Shown here piece after piece: positions 16,430 to 43,585 of a stretch of DNA of 64,000 nucleotides. Below the pieces are notes generated by a model. It saw only the letters and a program-made list of their open reading frames with translations, ran no database searches and was not told where the DNA came from. The number at the start of each line of letters is the position of its first letter. The stretch's first letter is position 1. The stretch is from Heterodontus francisci (taxonomy: Eukaryota): NCBI RefSeq assembly GCF_036365525.1, contig NC_090419.1, positions 11,718,001 to 11,782,000 on the forward strand. Direction: 5' to 3'. The translations under genes and the position numbers were made by a program.

Positions 16430-17790
16430 ATCCTAGTGATAATGGGTCTAATTGATTTGTGTTTGATTGATGGGTTTGACAAGCAGGGATCTGATAGACT
16501 GTTTCAGATCGATTGAAAACTGAATATCGGATATTGGGTTGAGGGGAATGTGATTAATAGGGTCTGATAAATGTGGGTTTGATAGATACTGGTCATTGAT
16601 AGAATTCACAGATTGGAAGCTGATCGATCGGGGAGAATTCTTGACAGTCTAATCGATGGGGAGCAGATTGGTGGGGATGTGAGAGATGAGGATCTGATTA
16701 TTGGGGATGAGATTGAGGGGAATCTGTCCAATGGGGGTGGGATCGGTGGGAATTTGACTGATGGGATAGAAAACACGTTGATCTGATTGATCATACTATT
16801 GATGTCTCCCAGATTGCGATGTGAGAGATGGTGGCCTGATAAGTGTGGATCTAATCGATGGCGAAAAATTGATCGGGAATATGATTGATTGGGAAGAGAT
16901 TTTTGTGAATCTGATAGATGGTGACCGGTTGATGCGGGTCCTTGCTGGGTGTCACAGGTTGGGACCACATCAATGGGATTCTGATAGATTTGACTCATGG
17001 GACTGTAATAAACTGAGGTCATCCATCTGCTGGCAGTGGATCTGATAGATGTAAATCCTGGCCTGCTGGATTGGAATGTGATTGATGGGGTTCTGATCAT
17101 TGTGGTCTTATTGACGGGAATGAGATTGAGTGGAATCTGATAGAAGGGGCTGATTAATGGGGAACTCGGTGATGGATGATTGAATGATGGGGATCTGTTT
17201 ATCAGCTGGATTGATAGGGTGTAGTTGCCAGGGCTGTTATAGATGGGGGTTTGTTTGACAGTTGCCTGATTAATGGGGAGGTCATGAATGTGCATCGGAT
17301 TGACAGGCCTCTGACTCATCTCAATCTGATTGGGGGAGATGAAAGAAGGCCTGATTAATGAGAGTCTGGTTGATGATAATGTGTTTATGGGGCCTGGTTT
17401 ATGGAGTTAAGATTGATGATGGTCTTTAAAATGGGGTCTAATTGATGAGGGTATGATGATCAGGTTCTGATTGTTGGAGGACTGATACATGAGGGTTTGA
17501 CTGATGACAGTCTGTTGGACAGGGTGTGTGATAGTACGGGTCTGATTACTAGGAGTTTGATAGTTGGCGCCTCACTGATGGTAATCTGGCAGATGGTTGA
17601 TTGGCGGGTATCTGTTGGAAGGGGGTCTGATCGCTGCGGTCTGTTTGATGGTAATCTGAGTGAAGGAAATCTGATAGATGCACTCTAATTGATGGAGGAC
17701 TCATTGATGGGGATGTGAATGATGTTGTATACTGGACCAGGCTCTGATGGTTGTGGCTCTGCAAGAAAGATGTGGGTTGATAGATTCCAG
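16430..17790 (+). repeat. Degenerate TCTGAT(T/A)GATGGG-rich spacer upstream of type-B genes
   Basis: Repeated CTGATAGA, CTGATTGATGGG, CTGATTAATGGG; copies at ~31090-32440, 43860-45210, 56600-57950. Confidence 0.75.
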
Positions 17791-17959
17791 CATTTTGTGT
17801 GCGAATTTCAAATTTCCAGCATTTATTTCTCAATCGACACCAATTGTTGCATTGTCAAAGACAACCACATATTGGTAATTGAATCAGTAAAGCAATCAGT
17901 AATTAAATAACACAAGATGCTCTTATAGTTCTCAAAGACCAATGGATTTGTCAACATGC

Positions 17960-18060
17960 ACAACATATTGACAGGAGCTGCGACAATAGAAGGACATTAT
18001 GGTAAGAACACGTGTTGCAATGCAGAGAGTGAGGGTGTTCCACACAGATAGAACGGTCCA
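17960..18060 (+). other. Duplicated upstream exon-1-like module (ATG/GTAAG) before B genes
   Basis: GACAGGAGCTGCGACAATAGAAGGACATTATG|GTAAGAACACG with ATG 17999-18001; also at 32654 and 45426, and with ATG changed to TTG at 58167. Confidence 0.75.
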
Positions 18061-18197
18061 CAGGGCTCTGATTGATGGGGGCTGATTAACGGGGGCTTGA
18101 GCTGGGATCTGATTGATCATCGCTTGAAATGGGGGACTGAGAGCTCATCTCCCTGGTTACCTGGTGCTCCTCCCATAATCAATTGTGGCGAGCACTC

Positions 18198-18396
18198 GGC
18201 CCCGCCCTTTGCACAAAGCAGCCAATCAGCGCTGTGCACAGTCATGCCTTCTTTGCTGGGTTTCTCCAAGCAACAAGAGCCTTTTGTTCCCACAGACCAA
18301 TCAGACCTCGACTTGGCAAAATATGCTGCGGTATAAATAGCGCGAACGACAACATCCGCAACACATTGAGAGCAGCTGCGAGAATAGAAGGACATT

Positions 18397-18399
<3 letters not shown>
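18198..18399 (+). promoter_or_regulatory. Type-B promoter: GC box, two CCAAT boxes, TATA
   Basis: CCCCGCCC 18200-18207, CCAAT 18222 and 18297, TATAAA 18332-18337, 65 nt before the ATG. Equivalent TATAAA at 32987, 45756, 58506. Confidence 0.75.
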
Positions 18400-21596
<3,197 letters not shown>

Positions 21597-24256
21597 GATT
21601 TATTCATTTAGAATGTTAAAATAGTTTAATTAAATTTCTCAAGTCGCAAACAGACTTATTAATGCAGAGAGTCCAAAGCTTTAACTTAATTTCACATCGA
21701 TGTTAATAATCATAATTATGAAAATAAATGTATTTGCAAATGATTTTTGAATTGTGTCCTTTTGAATGCTAAGAATATACAAGAGGTTGGAAAACACGGT
21801 GTGATAATACTTGAAGTTCAAAGAAGATCAATGAAACCAGAACGGGAGTTCATAAAACCCGCAGGATCCTGGAATTAGAACACATTTTACTTTCGGGGGC
21901 ACCCGAGAGGGTGTTAGACCTCGCAAAGGGGCCTCTCGCCTGTTCTCTCGTTCACCTCCACCTTCATGTTACTGCCTTTGTCAGTTCACTTTTCCCCTTT
22001 CTCTCTCTTCCTTTCTCTCTCTCCCGCCCTGCATCAGTCGCCCTTCCTCTGTCTCCCTCCCACTTTATCTCCCTCCCTCTCCTGCTGCTGATTCATCCTG
22101 GTTCCATTTCACAGCGGCCTGCTGGCCTTCCAGCACCTTGCCACAATGGATAATCTTAGCACCGGGGCCTTGTCACTCCATCCCATCCTTGATCCTCGCA
22201 CACGCCCTCTCCCACAGACATGTCCATCCCAATCAGGGCACCATAGTGTCATGGTTATGGTACTGGATCCAGGGCTTCTGTCCTCAAAGACCATCAGTCA
22301 AGTAGTGTCATTGAATCCAATAAATCGGTGAGTTTACACCATGCCCACTGACCATAAAGGTTTGGCGAACGATCATCAAATTCCAACAGACTCAATATCT
22401 CCATTCAGAGGAAGGGAAGCTGCCACTCGTGACACTGCTGAGCCCACATGTGACCCCAGTCCTATCATGTGTGCGTGACCCTTGAACCATATTGCAAGCC
22501 GCTCCGTCGTAAGAACAGTTCCTGTTGAGAAGGTCAACTCCATGTTCTGGGAGAATTTCGAATGGGCAATGAATGCCAGCCTTGGCAGAGATACTCAGAT
22601 CCTGAGAACAAAACATTTCAATGACTGGTCTGTCATCCCTAGCTCAGGGTTGCCTACATTGAGGACAACGACGGGGATGGTGTATATAGGTAGAGTCAAT
22701 GTCCAGTTCTGTAACTTCATTCTTCTGTTTGGGAATTACCAGCAAGGCCGGAGTTTGACTGTGGACTGTATATATTTGGTTAGAGCTAATGAGTGTGAGG
22801 AGGAGCTTTTACCTTGCCATGTCTATACTGTAAAGCACCAAATAGAAGGAAGACAGTGGAGAAGTAAATTGGAAGGAACATTTCTGAAAAATGATTTAAA
22901 AATAGAGTAGTAATAATGGGGGAACATCAATGATCCTAATTCCTATAGGGACGCCGGAAAGGCTTGCAAACCTGGAGCTACCTGGATGACTAAAGAAATT
23001 GAGATGAAAAAGAAAGTGGAAAAGGTCGCTAACAATTAATATCAGTTTCATAATATGTTATTCAAGCTGTGTACAGAAAGTGCAGAGGAGAACTGGATAA
23101 AAAAAATGGATGGGCAAAGAGAATGCATAAGAATAGATCAATAGGTAATATAAAAGAGATCACCAAAGCCTTTTTTACGCAGATAAAAAGTAAAAGATAG
23201 TCGCAGAAAGGTTTGGGCAGATTGAGGACCTGAAATGAAATCTCTCTGTGAAGGCAAAGGACATCACCAGGGTACTTAATGAGTGCTTTGCATGTGTCTT
23301 CACTGAATCAGAGAGATGAAATCTGACAGATTGTGTCTGATATATAGGGATCTGATGGATGATGTTTGGATGGGTGGTTGCCTGACAGATGGTCGTCTGA
23401 AAGATGTCGATCTGTTAGATGTGTTTCTGATTGGTGGAGTATGATGGACGTGGGGAGGCGAGATGTTGGTCTGATAGATGGGGGCGGGGTCTGATTGATT
23501 GGCGTGTGATACATGGGGATCTGACAGACCGGGGTCTGATGGGAGGGTGCGGGTGTGCGGGGGGTAGGGGAGTGTTCTGATTGGTTTGAGCTGATAGAAG
23601 GGCTGTGACGCGTGGTTGCCTGGTGAATGTGGTTTTGAGAGATGGGGTCTTATAGATGGGGTCTGATAGAGTGTGGCTACGTGTTTCTGATGAGGATCTG
23701 GGCGATAAGAGAGTGATAGATGGGGAGCTGATAGATGGGCGTCTCATAGATGAGATCTGATCGATATGCGTCTGATAGATGAGATTTGCTGGTCGTCGGT
23801 TTGTTAGCAGTAGATGAATGAGGTATCGATCTGATGGATAACTGTCACTGATGCAGCTCTATTCGGTTGGTGCCTGATAGATGAGGTCTGGTACATGGGG
23901 ATGGATAGATGTGGGTCTGGTAGCTGGAGCCGGTCAGGAGGGTGTCTGATGAATGGAGATTTCAGAGTTGGGGCCTGAAAGATATTGTCACGGTTGATGT
24001 GGGATCTCTCAGAAGACGTCTGAAGCATGTGGTCTGATAGATGGCTATCTGATATGTGGGGAAATGGTAGTTAGGGGACATTTAGATCGTGTCTGATAGA
24101 TGGGGCTCTGATAAACGGAGTTCTGAATGATTCGGATTAGATGAAGCGGGTCTGATAGATGTGGAATTTATTTAGTTGGGATCTGTCAGATGTGTAGTTG
24201 ATAGATGATGAATGACAGATATTGTCTGGCAGGTGTAAGTCTGTTTTTGGGGGGTG

Positions 24257-25461
24257 AACAAAGAACAAAGATAATTACAGCACATGAACAGGCCCTTCGG
24301 CCCTCCAAGCCTGCGCCGATCTTGATCCTCTCTCTAAACATGTCGCCTATTTTCTAAGGTTCTGTATCTCTTTTCTTCCTGCCCATTCATGTATCTGTCT
24401 AGATACATCTTAAAAGACTCCATCGTGCCCGCATCTACCACCTCCGCTGGCAACGCGTTCCAGGTGCCCACCACCCTCTGCGTAAAGAACTTTCCACGCA
24501 TATCCCCCCTAAACATTTCCCCTTTCACTTTGAACTCGTGTCCTCTAGTAATTGAAACCCTCACTCTGGGAAAAAGCCTCTTGCTATCCACCCTGTCTAT
24601 ACCTCTCATGATTTTGTACACCTCAATCAGGTCCCCCCTCAACCTCCGTCTTTCTAATGAAAATAATCCTAATCTACTCAACCTCTCTTCATAGCTAGCG
24701 CCCTCCATACCAGGCAACATCCTGGTGAGCCTCCTCTGCACCCTCTCCAAAGCATCCACATCCTTTTGATAATGTGGCGACCAGTACTGTACGCAGTATT
24801 CCAAATGTGGCCGAACCAAAGTCCTATACAACTGTAACATGACCTGCCAACTCTTGTACTCAATGCCCCGTCCGATGAAGGAAAGCATGCCGTATGCCTT
24901 CTTGACCACTCTATTTACCTGCGTTGCCACCTTCAGGGAACAGTGGACCTGAACACCCAAATCTCTCTGGACATCAATTTTCCCCAGGACTTTTCCATTT
25001 ACTGTATAGTTCACTCTTGAATTGGATCTTCCAAAATGCATCACCTCGCATTTGCCCTGATTGAACTCCATCTGCCATTTCTCTGCCCAACTCTCTAATC
25101 TATCTATATTCTGCTGTATTCTCTGACCGTCCCCTTCACTATCTGCTACTCCACCAATCTTAGTGTCGTCTGCAAACTTGCTAATCAGTCCACCTATACT
25201 TTCCTCCAAATCATTTATGTATATCACAAACAACAGTGGTCCCAGCACGGATCCCTGTGGAACACCACTGGTCACACGTCTCCATTTTGAGAAACTCCCT
25301 TCTACTGCTACTCTCTGTCTCCTGTTGCCCAGCCAGTTCTTTATCCATCTAGCTAGTACACCTTGGACCCCAAGCGCCTTCACTTTCTCCATCAGCCTGC
25401 CATGGGGAACCTTATCAAACGCCTTACTGAAGTCCATGTATACGACATCTACAGCCCTTCC
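24257..25461 (-). mobile_element. 5'-truncated young CR1 LINE: RT domain, C-terminus and 3' UTR
   Basis: Uninterrupted ORF 24334..25437 with DFSKAFDKVPH, GVPQGSVLGPLLF, SKFADDTK, LERRRLRGDLIEVYK; (TCTTTGT)n tail at the left end; empty site GGGGGTGAGACAGAAG in other units, only TGA duplicated. Confidence 0.95.
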
Positions 25462-26653
25462 TGAGACAGAAGTGGGTGTGCGGATGGTGATCTAATAGAT
25501 GTGATGTGACATATGTGGGTCTGATAGAAGAGAATCTGATAGATGGAATGATGAGGATATGACATATGGATGGAATCTAATGGATTGAGTCTGATCGATG
25601 GAGTCTAATTGACACCGGTCTGGTGTCAATTAAGGCTGGGCTCATTCAGATGCGGGACAGATACACAGGGAGCTGATACATGGTGGACTGATAGGTGGGG
25701 TCTGGCTGATGAGACTTTGAGAGATGGGAGCTGATACATGTGGATCTGATCGATGTGGGTCTAACAGAGGTGTCTAATAGATACAGTCAGTCAGGTGGGG
25801 TCCTGGTGGATTGGCATCAAACAGACGGGCTCTGAAAATGTTGGTCCTGACAACCGCGGGCTTGATGGGATGTCGTTGATAGATACAGTCTGATACGGTC
25901 TGATGAATGGAGATCTGAAAGAAGGGCTCTGACTGATGTAGCTACAATACATGGGGAGATAATATATGGGAACGGCAGATATGAATGAGATAATTGGTTG
26001 TATATAGTTGTGGGTCTGATGGATGATCTTCTGATATATGGGTTCTGAATGATGTTAAACGGGGATCTGATGGATGCGGTCTGAAAGATGTGAATATGAT
26101 AGAGGGGGTATAGTTGACAAGGGAATGAATGAATGAAGGGGATCTGATCGATGTTGGTTTCATAGATTATGTGATGAATGGAGTCTGATTGATGTATGTC
26201 TGAGTGATGGGAATCTGACAGAAGAGAGTCAGATAGAAAAGGGTCTGACAGGTAGCTGTGATCTGATGGATAGTGGTCTGATACATCAAATGGGTGGAGT
26301 CTGTTGGGGTCTGATTGACGGGGGCCGGATGGATGGGGTCTGATTAACCGGGGTCTGAATGAAGGGTTCTGGTTGATCAGGGTTTGTGATGGTGGTCTGA
26401 TAAACAAAGCTCGTCTCCCTTGTTGCCCAGTGCTCCTCACATCTTCAACACCTGGTCCCGCCTTTTACACAAAGCAAACAATCAGTGCTGAGCACCAACG
26501 TTCCATTTATGTTGATGTTTCTCCAAGCAACCGGAGCCCTTTGTTCTCACAGACCAATAAGAAGTCGAGTTGACTTCGGAGAATGAGGTATAAATAGGGC
26601 GAGCAGCAACATAGGCAATACATTGACAGGAGCTGCGAGAATAGAAGGACATT

Positions 26654-30806
<4,153 letters not shown>

Positions 30807-33051
30807 GTTTTATTAGTTTAGAAAGTACAAAGATTTTAACGTTTATTCATATTGATCTTATAACTTTTATTGAAGTAAATAAATTTATTGTAAATGATTT
30901 TGGAAGTGTGTCTCATTAAAGCACAAATGCACGAGAAGAGATTGAGAAACACGGTGTAAAAGAAGATTGAAGATAGAAGATGATCAATGGTCCCAGAAAG
31001 TGGGTTAATCAAACTCCACAGAGCTGCAGGCCAAGTGTCACACAGCATTTCAATCATTAAAACACCGTCCTAGAGTAGAGGTGGATCCTAGTGATAATGG
31101 GTCTAGTTGATTTGTGTTTGATTGATGGGTTTTACAAGCAGGGATCTGATAGACTGTTTCAGATCGATTGGAAACTGAATATCGGATATTGGGTTGAGGG
31201 GAATCTGATTAATAGGGTCTGATAAATGTGGGTTTGATAGATACTGGTCATTGATAGAATTCACAGATTGGAAGCTGATCGATCGGGGAGAATTCTTGAC
31301 AGTCTAATCGATGGGGAGCAGATTGGTGGGGATGTGAGAGATGAGGATCTGATTATTGGGGATTAGATTGAGGGGAATCTGTTCAATGGGGGTGGGATCG
31401 GTGGGAATTTGACTGATGGGATAGAATACACGTTGATCTGATTGGTCATACTATTGATGTCTCCCAGATTGCGATGTGAGAGATGGTGGCCTGATAAGTG
31501 TGGATCTAATCGATGGCGAAAAATTGATCGGGAATATGATTGATTGGGAAGAGATTTTTGTGAATCTGATAGATGGTGACCGGTTGATGCGGGTCCTTGC
31601 TGGGTGTCACAGGTTGGGACCACATCAATGGGATTCTGATAGATTTGACTCATGGGACTGTAATAAACTGAGGTCATCCATCTGCTGGCAGTGGATCTGA
31701 TAGATGTAAATCCTGGCCTGCTGGATTGGAATGTGATTGATGGGGTTCTGATCATTGTGGTCTTATTGACGGGAATGAGATTGAGTGGAATCTGATAGAA
31801 GGGGCTGATTAATGGGGAACTCGGTGATGGATGATTGAATGATGGGGATCTGTTTATCAGCTGGATTGATAGGGTGTAGTTGCCAGGGCTGTTATAGATG
31901 GGGGTTTGTTTGACAGTTGCCTGATTAATGGGGAGGTCATGAATGTGCATCGGATTGACAGGCCTCTGACTCATCTCAATCTGATTGGGGGAGATGAAAG
32001 AAGGCCTGATTAATGAGAGTCTGGTTGATGATAATGTGTTTATGGGGCCTGGTTTATGGAGTTAAGATTGATGATGGTCTTTAAAATGGGGTCTAATTGA
32101 TGAGGGTATGATGATCAGGTTCTGATTGTTGGAGGACTGATACATGAGGGTTTGACTGATGACAGTCTGTTGGACAGGGTGTGTGATAGTACGGGTCTGA
32201 TTACTAGGAGTTTGATAGTTGGCGCCTCACTGATGGTAATCTGGCAGATGGTTGATTGGCGGGTATCTGTTGGAAGGGGGTCTGATCGCTGCGGTCTGTT
32301 TGATGGTAATCTGAGTGAAGGAAATCTGATAGATGCACTCTAATTGATGGAGGACTCATTGATGGGGATGTGAATGATGTTGTATACTGGACCAGGCTCT
32401 GATGGTTGTGGCTCTGCAAGAAAGATGTGGGTTGATAGATTCCAGCATTTTGTGTGCGAATTTCAAATTTCCAGCATTTATTTCTCAATCGACACCAATT
32501 GTTGCATTGTCAAAGACAACCACATATTGGTAATTGAATCAGTAAAGCAATCAGTAATTAAATAACACAAGATGCTCTTATAGTTCTCAAAGACCAATGG
32601 ATTTGTCAACATGCACAACATATTGACAGGAGCTGCGACAATAGAAGGACATTATGGTAAGAACACGTGTTGCAATGCAGAGAGTGAGGGTGTTCCACAC
32701 AGATAGAACGGTCCACAGGGCTCTGATTGATGGGGGCTGATTAACGGGGGCTTGAGCTGGGATCTGATTGATCATCGCTTGAAATGGGGGACTGAGAGCT
32801 CATCTCCCTGGTTACCTGGTGCTCCTCCCATAATCAATTGTGGCGAGCACTCGGCCCCGCCCTTTGCACAAAGCAGCCAATCAGCGCTGTGCACAGTCAT
32901 GCCTTCTTTGCTGGGTTTCTCCAAGCAACAAGAGCCTTTTGTTCCCACAGACCAATCAGACCTCGACTTGGCAAAATATGCTGCGGTATAAATAGCGCGA
33001 ACGACAACATCCGCAACACATTGAGAGCAGCTGCGAGAATAGAAGGACATT

Positions 33052-36252
<3,201 letters not shown>

Positions 36253-39200
36253 GATTTATTCATTTAGAATGTTAAAATAGTTTAATTAAATTTCTCAAGT
36301 CGCAAACAGACTTATTAATGTAGAGAGTCCAAAGCTTTAACTTAATTTCACATCGATGTTAATAATCATAATTATGAAAATAAATGTATTTGCAAATGAT
36401 TTTTGAATTGTGTCCGTTTGAATGCTAAGAATATACAAGAGGTTGGAAAACACGGTGTGATAATACTTGAAGTTCAAAGAGGATCATTGAAACCAGAACG
36501 GGAGTTCATAAAACCCGCAGGATCCTGGAATTAGAACACATTTTACTTTCGGGGGCACCCGAGAGGGTGTTAGACCTCGCAAAGGGGCCGCTAGCCTGTT
36601 CTCTCGTTCATCTCTACCTTCATGTTACTGCCTGAGTCAGTTCACTTTTCCCCTTTCTCTCTCTTCCTTTCTCTCTCTCCCGCCCTGCATCAGTCGCCCT
36701 TCCTCTGTCTCCCTCCCACTTTATCTCCCTCCCTCTCCTGCTGCTGATTCATCCTGGTTCCATTTCACAGCGGCCTGCTGTCCTTCCAGCACCTTGCCAC
36801 AATGGATAATCTTAGCACCGGGGCCTTGTCACTACATCACATCCTTGATCCTCGCACACGCCCTCTCCCACAGACATGTCCATCCCAATCAGGGCACCAT
36901 AGTGTCATGGTTATGGTACTGGATCCAGGGCTTCTGTCCTCAAAGACCATCAGTCAAGTAGTGTCATTGAATCCAATCAATTGGTGAGTTTACAATTTGC
37001 CCACTGACCATAAAGTTTTGGCGAACGATCATCAAAATCCAACAGACTCAATAACTCCCTTCAGGGGAAGGGAAGCTGCCACTCGTGACACTGCTGAGCC
37101 CACATGTGACCCTATCATGTGTGCGTGACCCTTAAACCACATTGCAAGCCGCTCCGTCGTAAGAACAGTTCCTACTGAGAAGGTCAACTCCATGTTCTTG
37201 GGAGAATTGCGAATGGGCAATGAATGCCAGCCTTGGCAGAGATACTCAGATCCTGAGAACAAAACATTTCAATGGCTGGTCTGTCATCCCTAGCTCAGGG
37301 TTGCCTACATTGAGGGCAACGACGGGGATGGTGTATATAGGTAGAGTCAATGTCTAGTTCTGTAACTTCATTCTTCTGTTTGGGAATTACCAGCAAGGCC
37401 GGAGTTTGACTGTGGACTGTATATATTTGGTTAGAGCTAATGAGTGCGAGGAGGAGCTTTTACCTTGCCATGTCTATACTGTAAAGCACCAAATAGAAGG
37501 AAAACAGTGGAGGAGTAAATTTAAAGGAACATTTCTGAAAAATGGTAAAACAATAGAGTAGTAATAATGGGGGAACATCCATGATCCTAATTCCTATCAG
37601 GGAGACAGGAAGGGCTTGCAAACCTGGAGCTACCTGGATGACTAAAGAAATGGAGATGAAAAAGAAAGAGGAAAAGGTCGCTAACAATTAATATCAACTT
37701 CATAATATGTTATTCAAGCTGTGTACTGAAAGTGCAGAGGAGAACTGGATAAAAAAATGGATAGGCAAAGAGAATGCATAAGAATAGATCAATAGGTAAT
37801 ATAAAAGGGATCACCAAAGCCTTTTTTAAGCAGATAAAAAGTAAAAGATAGTCGCAGAAAGGTTTGGGCAGATTGAGGACCTGAAATGAAATCTCTTTGT
37901 GAAGGCAAAGGTCATCACCAGGGTACTTAATGAGTGCTTTGCATGTGTCTTCACTGAATCAGAGAGATGAAATCTGACAGATTGTGTCTGATATATAGGG
38001 ATCTGATGGATGATGTTTGGATGGGTGGTTGTCTGACAATTGGTCGTCTGAAAGATGTCGATCTGTTAGATGTGTTTCTGATTGGTGGAGTCTGATGGAC
38101 GTGGGGCGGCGAGATGTTGGTCTGATAGATGGGGGCGGGGTCTGATTGATTGGCGTGTGATACATGGGGATCTGACAGACCGGGGTCTGATGGGAGGGTG
38201 CGTGTGTGCTGGGAGTAGGGGAGTGTTCTGATTGGTTGGAGCTGATAGAAGGGCTGTGACGCGTGGTTGCCTGGTGCATGTGGTTTTGAGAAATGGGGTC
38301 TTATAGATGGGGTCTGATAGAGTGTGACTACGTGTTTCTGATGAGGATCTGGGCGATAAGGTAGTGAAAGATGGGGAGCTGATAGATGGGCGTCTCATAG
38401 ATGAGATCTGATCGATATGCGTCTGATAGATGAGATTTGCTGGTCGTCGGTTTGTTAGCAGTTGATGAATGAGGTATCGATCTGATGGATAACTGTCACT
38501 GATGCATCTTTGATCGATTGGTGCCTGATAGATGAGGTCTGGTACATGGGTATGGATAGATGTGGGTCTGGTAGCTGGAGCCAGTCAGGAGGGTGTCTGA
38601 TAGATGGGGATGTCAGAGATGGGGCCTGACAGATATTGTCACGATTGATGTGTGATCTCTCGGAAGACGTCTGAAGCATGTGGTCCGATGGATGTCTATC
38701 TGATATGTGGGGAAATGATAGTTAGGGTTCATGTAGATCGTGTCTGATAGATGTGGCTCTGATAGACGGAATTCTGAATGATTCGGAGTAGATGAAGCGG
38801 GTCTGATAGATGTGGAATTTGGTAAATGGTGTCTGTCAGATGGGTATCTGATAGATGATGAATGATGGATATCTTCTGGCAGGTGTAAGTCTGGTTTTTG
38901 GGACTGTGACAGAAATGGGTGTGCGCATGGTGATCTAATGGATGTGATGTGACATATGTGGTTCCGATAGAAGTGGATCTGAGCGATGGGGAACGGAAAG
39001 ATGAGGGTGTGACACATGGATGGAATCTAATGGATTGAGTCTGATCGATGGAGTATAATTGACACCGGTCTGGTGGATGTGGATGTTAAGGCTGGGCTCA
39101 TTCAGATGCGGGACAGATACACAGGGAGCTGATACATGGTGGACTGATAGGTGGGGTCTGGCTGATGAGACTTTGAGAGATGGGAGCTGATACATGTGGA

Positions 39201-39608
39201 TCTGATCGATGTGGGTCTAACAGAGGTGTCTAATAGATAGAGTCAGTCAGGTGGGGTCCTGGTGGAATGGTATCAAACAGACGGGCTCTGAAAATGTTGG
39301 TCCTGACAACCGCGGGCTTGATGGGATGTCGCTGATAGATACAGTCTGATACGGTCTGATGAATGGAGATCTGAAAGAAGGGCTCTGACTGATGTAGCTA
39401 CAATACATGGGTCGATAATATATGGGAACGGCAGATATGAATGAGATAATTGGTTGTATGTAGTTGTGGGTCTGATGGATGGTCTTCTGATATATGGGTT
39501 CTGAATCATGTTAAACGGGGATCTGATGGATGCGGTCTGAAAGATGTGAATGTGATTGAGGGGGTATAGTTGACAAGGGAATGAAGGCAAAAAGGGGATC
39601 TGTTCGAT

Positions 39609-39709
39609 ACAAAAACAAGATATGCTGGAATCACTCAGCAGGTCTGGCAGCATCTGTGGAAAGAGAAGCAGAGTTAACGTTTCGGGTCAGTGACCCTTCT
39701 TCAGAATAT
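39609..39709 (-). mobile_element. 101-bp Penelope-like retroelement terminal fragment with a minimal hammerhead-ribozyme core and 11-bp TSD
   Basis: Flanked by ATCTGTTCGAT at 39598-39608 and 39710-39720; absent from other units; minus strand reads CTGAAGA-A-GGGTC-ACT-GACCC-GAAA-CGTT-AACTC. Confidence 0.7.
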
Positions 39710-40219
39710 ATCTGTTCGATGTTGGTTTCATAGATTATGTGATGGATGGAATCTGATTGATGTATGTCTGAGTGATGGGAATCTGACAGGAGAGTCAGTT
39801 AGAAAAGGGTCTGACAGGTCGCAGTGATCTGATGGATAGTGGTCTGATACATCAAATGGGTGGAGTCTGTTGGGGTCTGATTGACGGGGGCCGGATGGAT
39901 GGGGTCTGATTAACCGGGGTATGAGTGAAGTGTTCTGGTTGATCAGGGTTTGAGATAGGGGTCTGATAAACAAAGCTCGTCTCCCTTGTTGCCCAGTGCT
40001 CCTCACATCTTCAACACCTGGTCCCGCCTTTTACACAAAGCAAACAATCAGTGCTAAGCACCAACGTTCCATTTATGTTGATGTTTCTCCAAGCAACCGG
40101 AGCCCTTTGTTCTCACAGACCAATAAGAAGTCGAGTTGGCTTCGGAGAATGAGGTATAAATAGGGCGAGCAGCAACATAGGCAATACATTGACAGGAGCT
40201 GCGAGAATAGAAGGACATT

Positions 40220-43585
<3,366 letters not shown>

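Noticed and set aside
16606-17319. 203-237 aa minus-strand ORFs in the A-to-B spacer, and many short S/P/I/H-rich ORFs in spacers
   Set aside because: By-products of the strand-biased ATC/CATC repeat; their recurrence reflects recent duplication, and lengths vary between units.
24334-25437. RT as a retron/DGR-like or domesticated enzyme acting on the tubulin array
   Set aside because: Ordinary 5'-truncated CR1 with tail, no promoter, present in a single unit; the tubulin copies retain introns, so they are not retrocopies.
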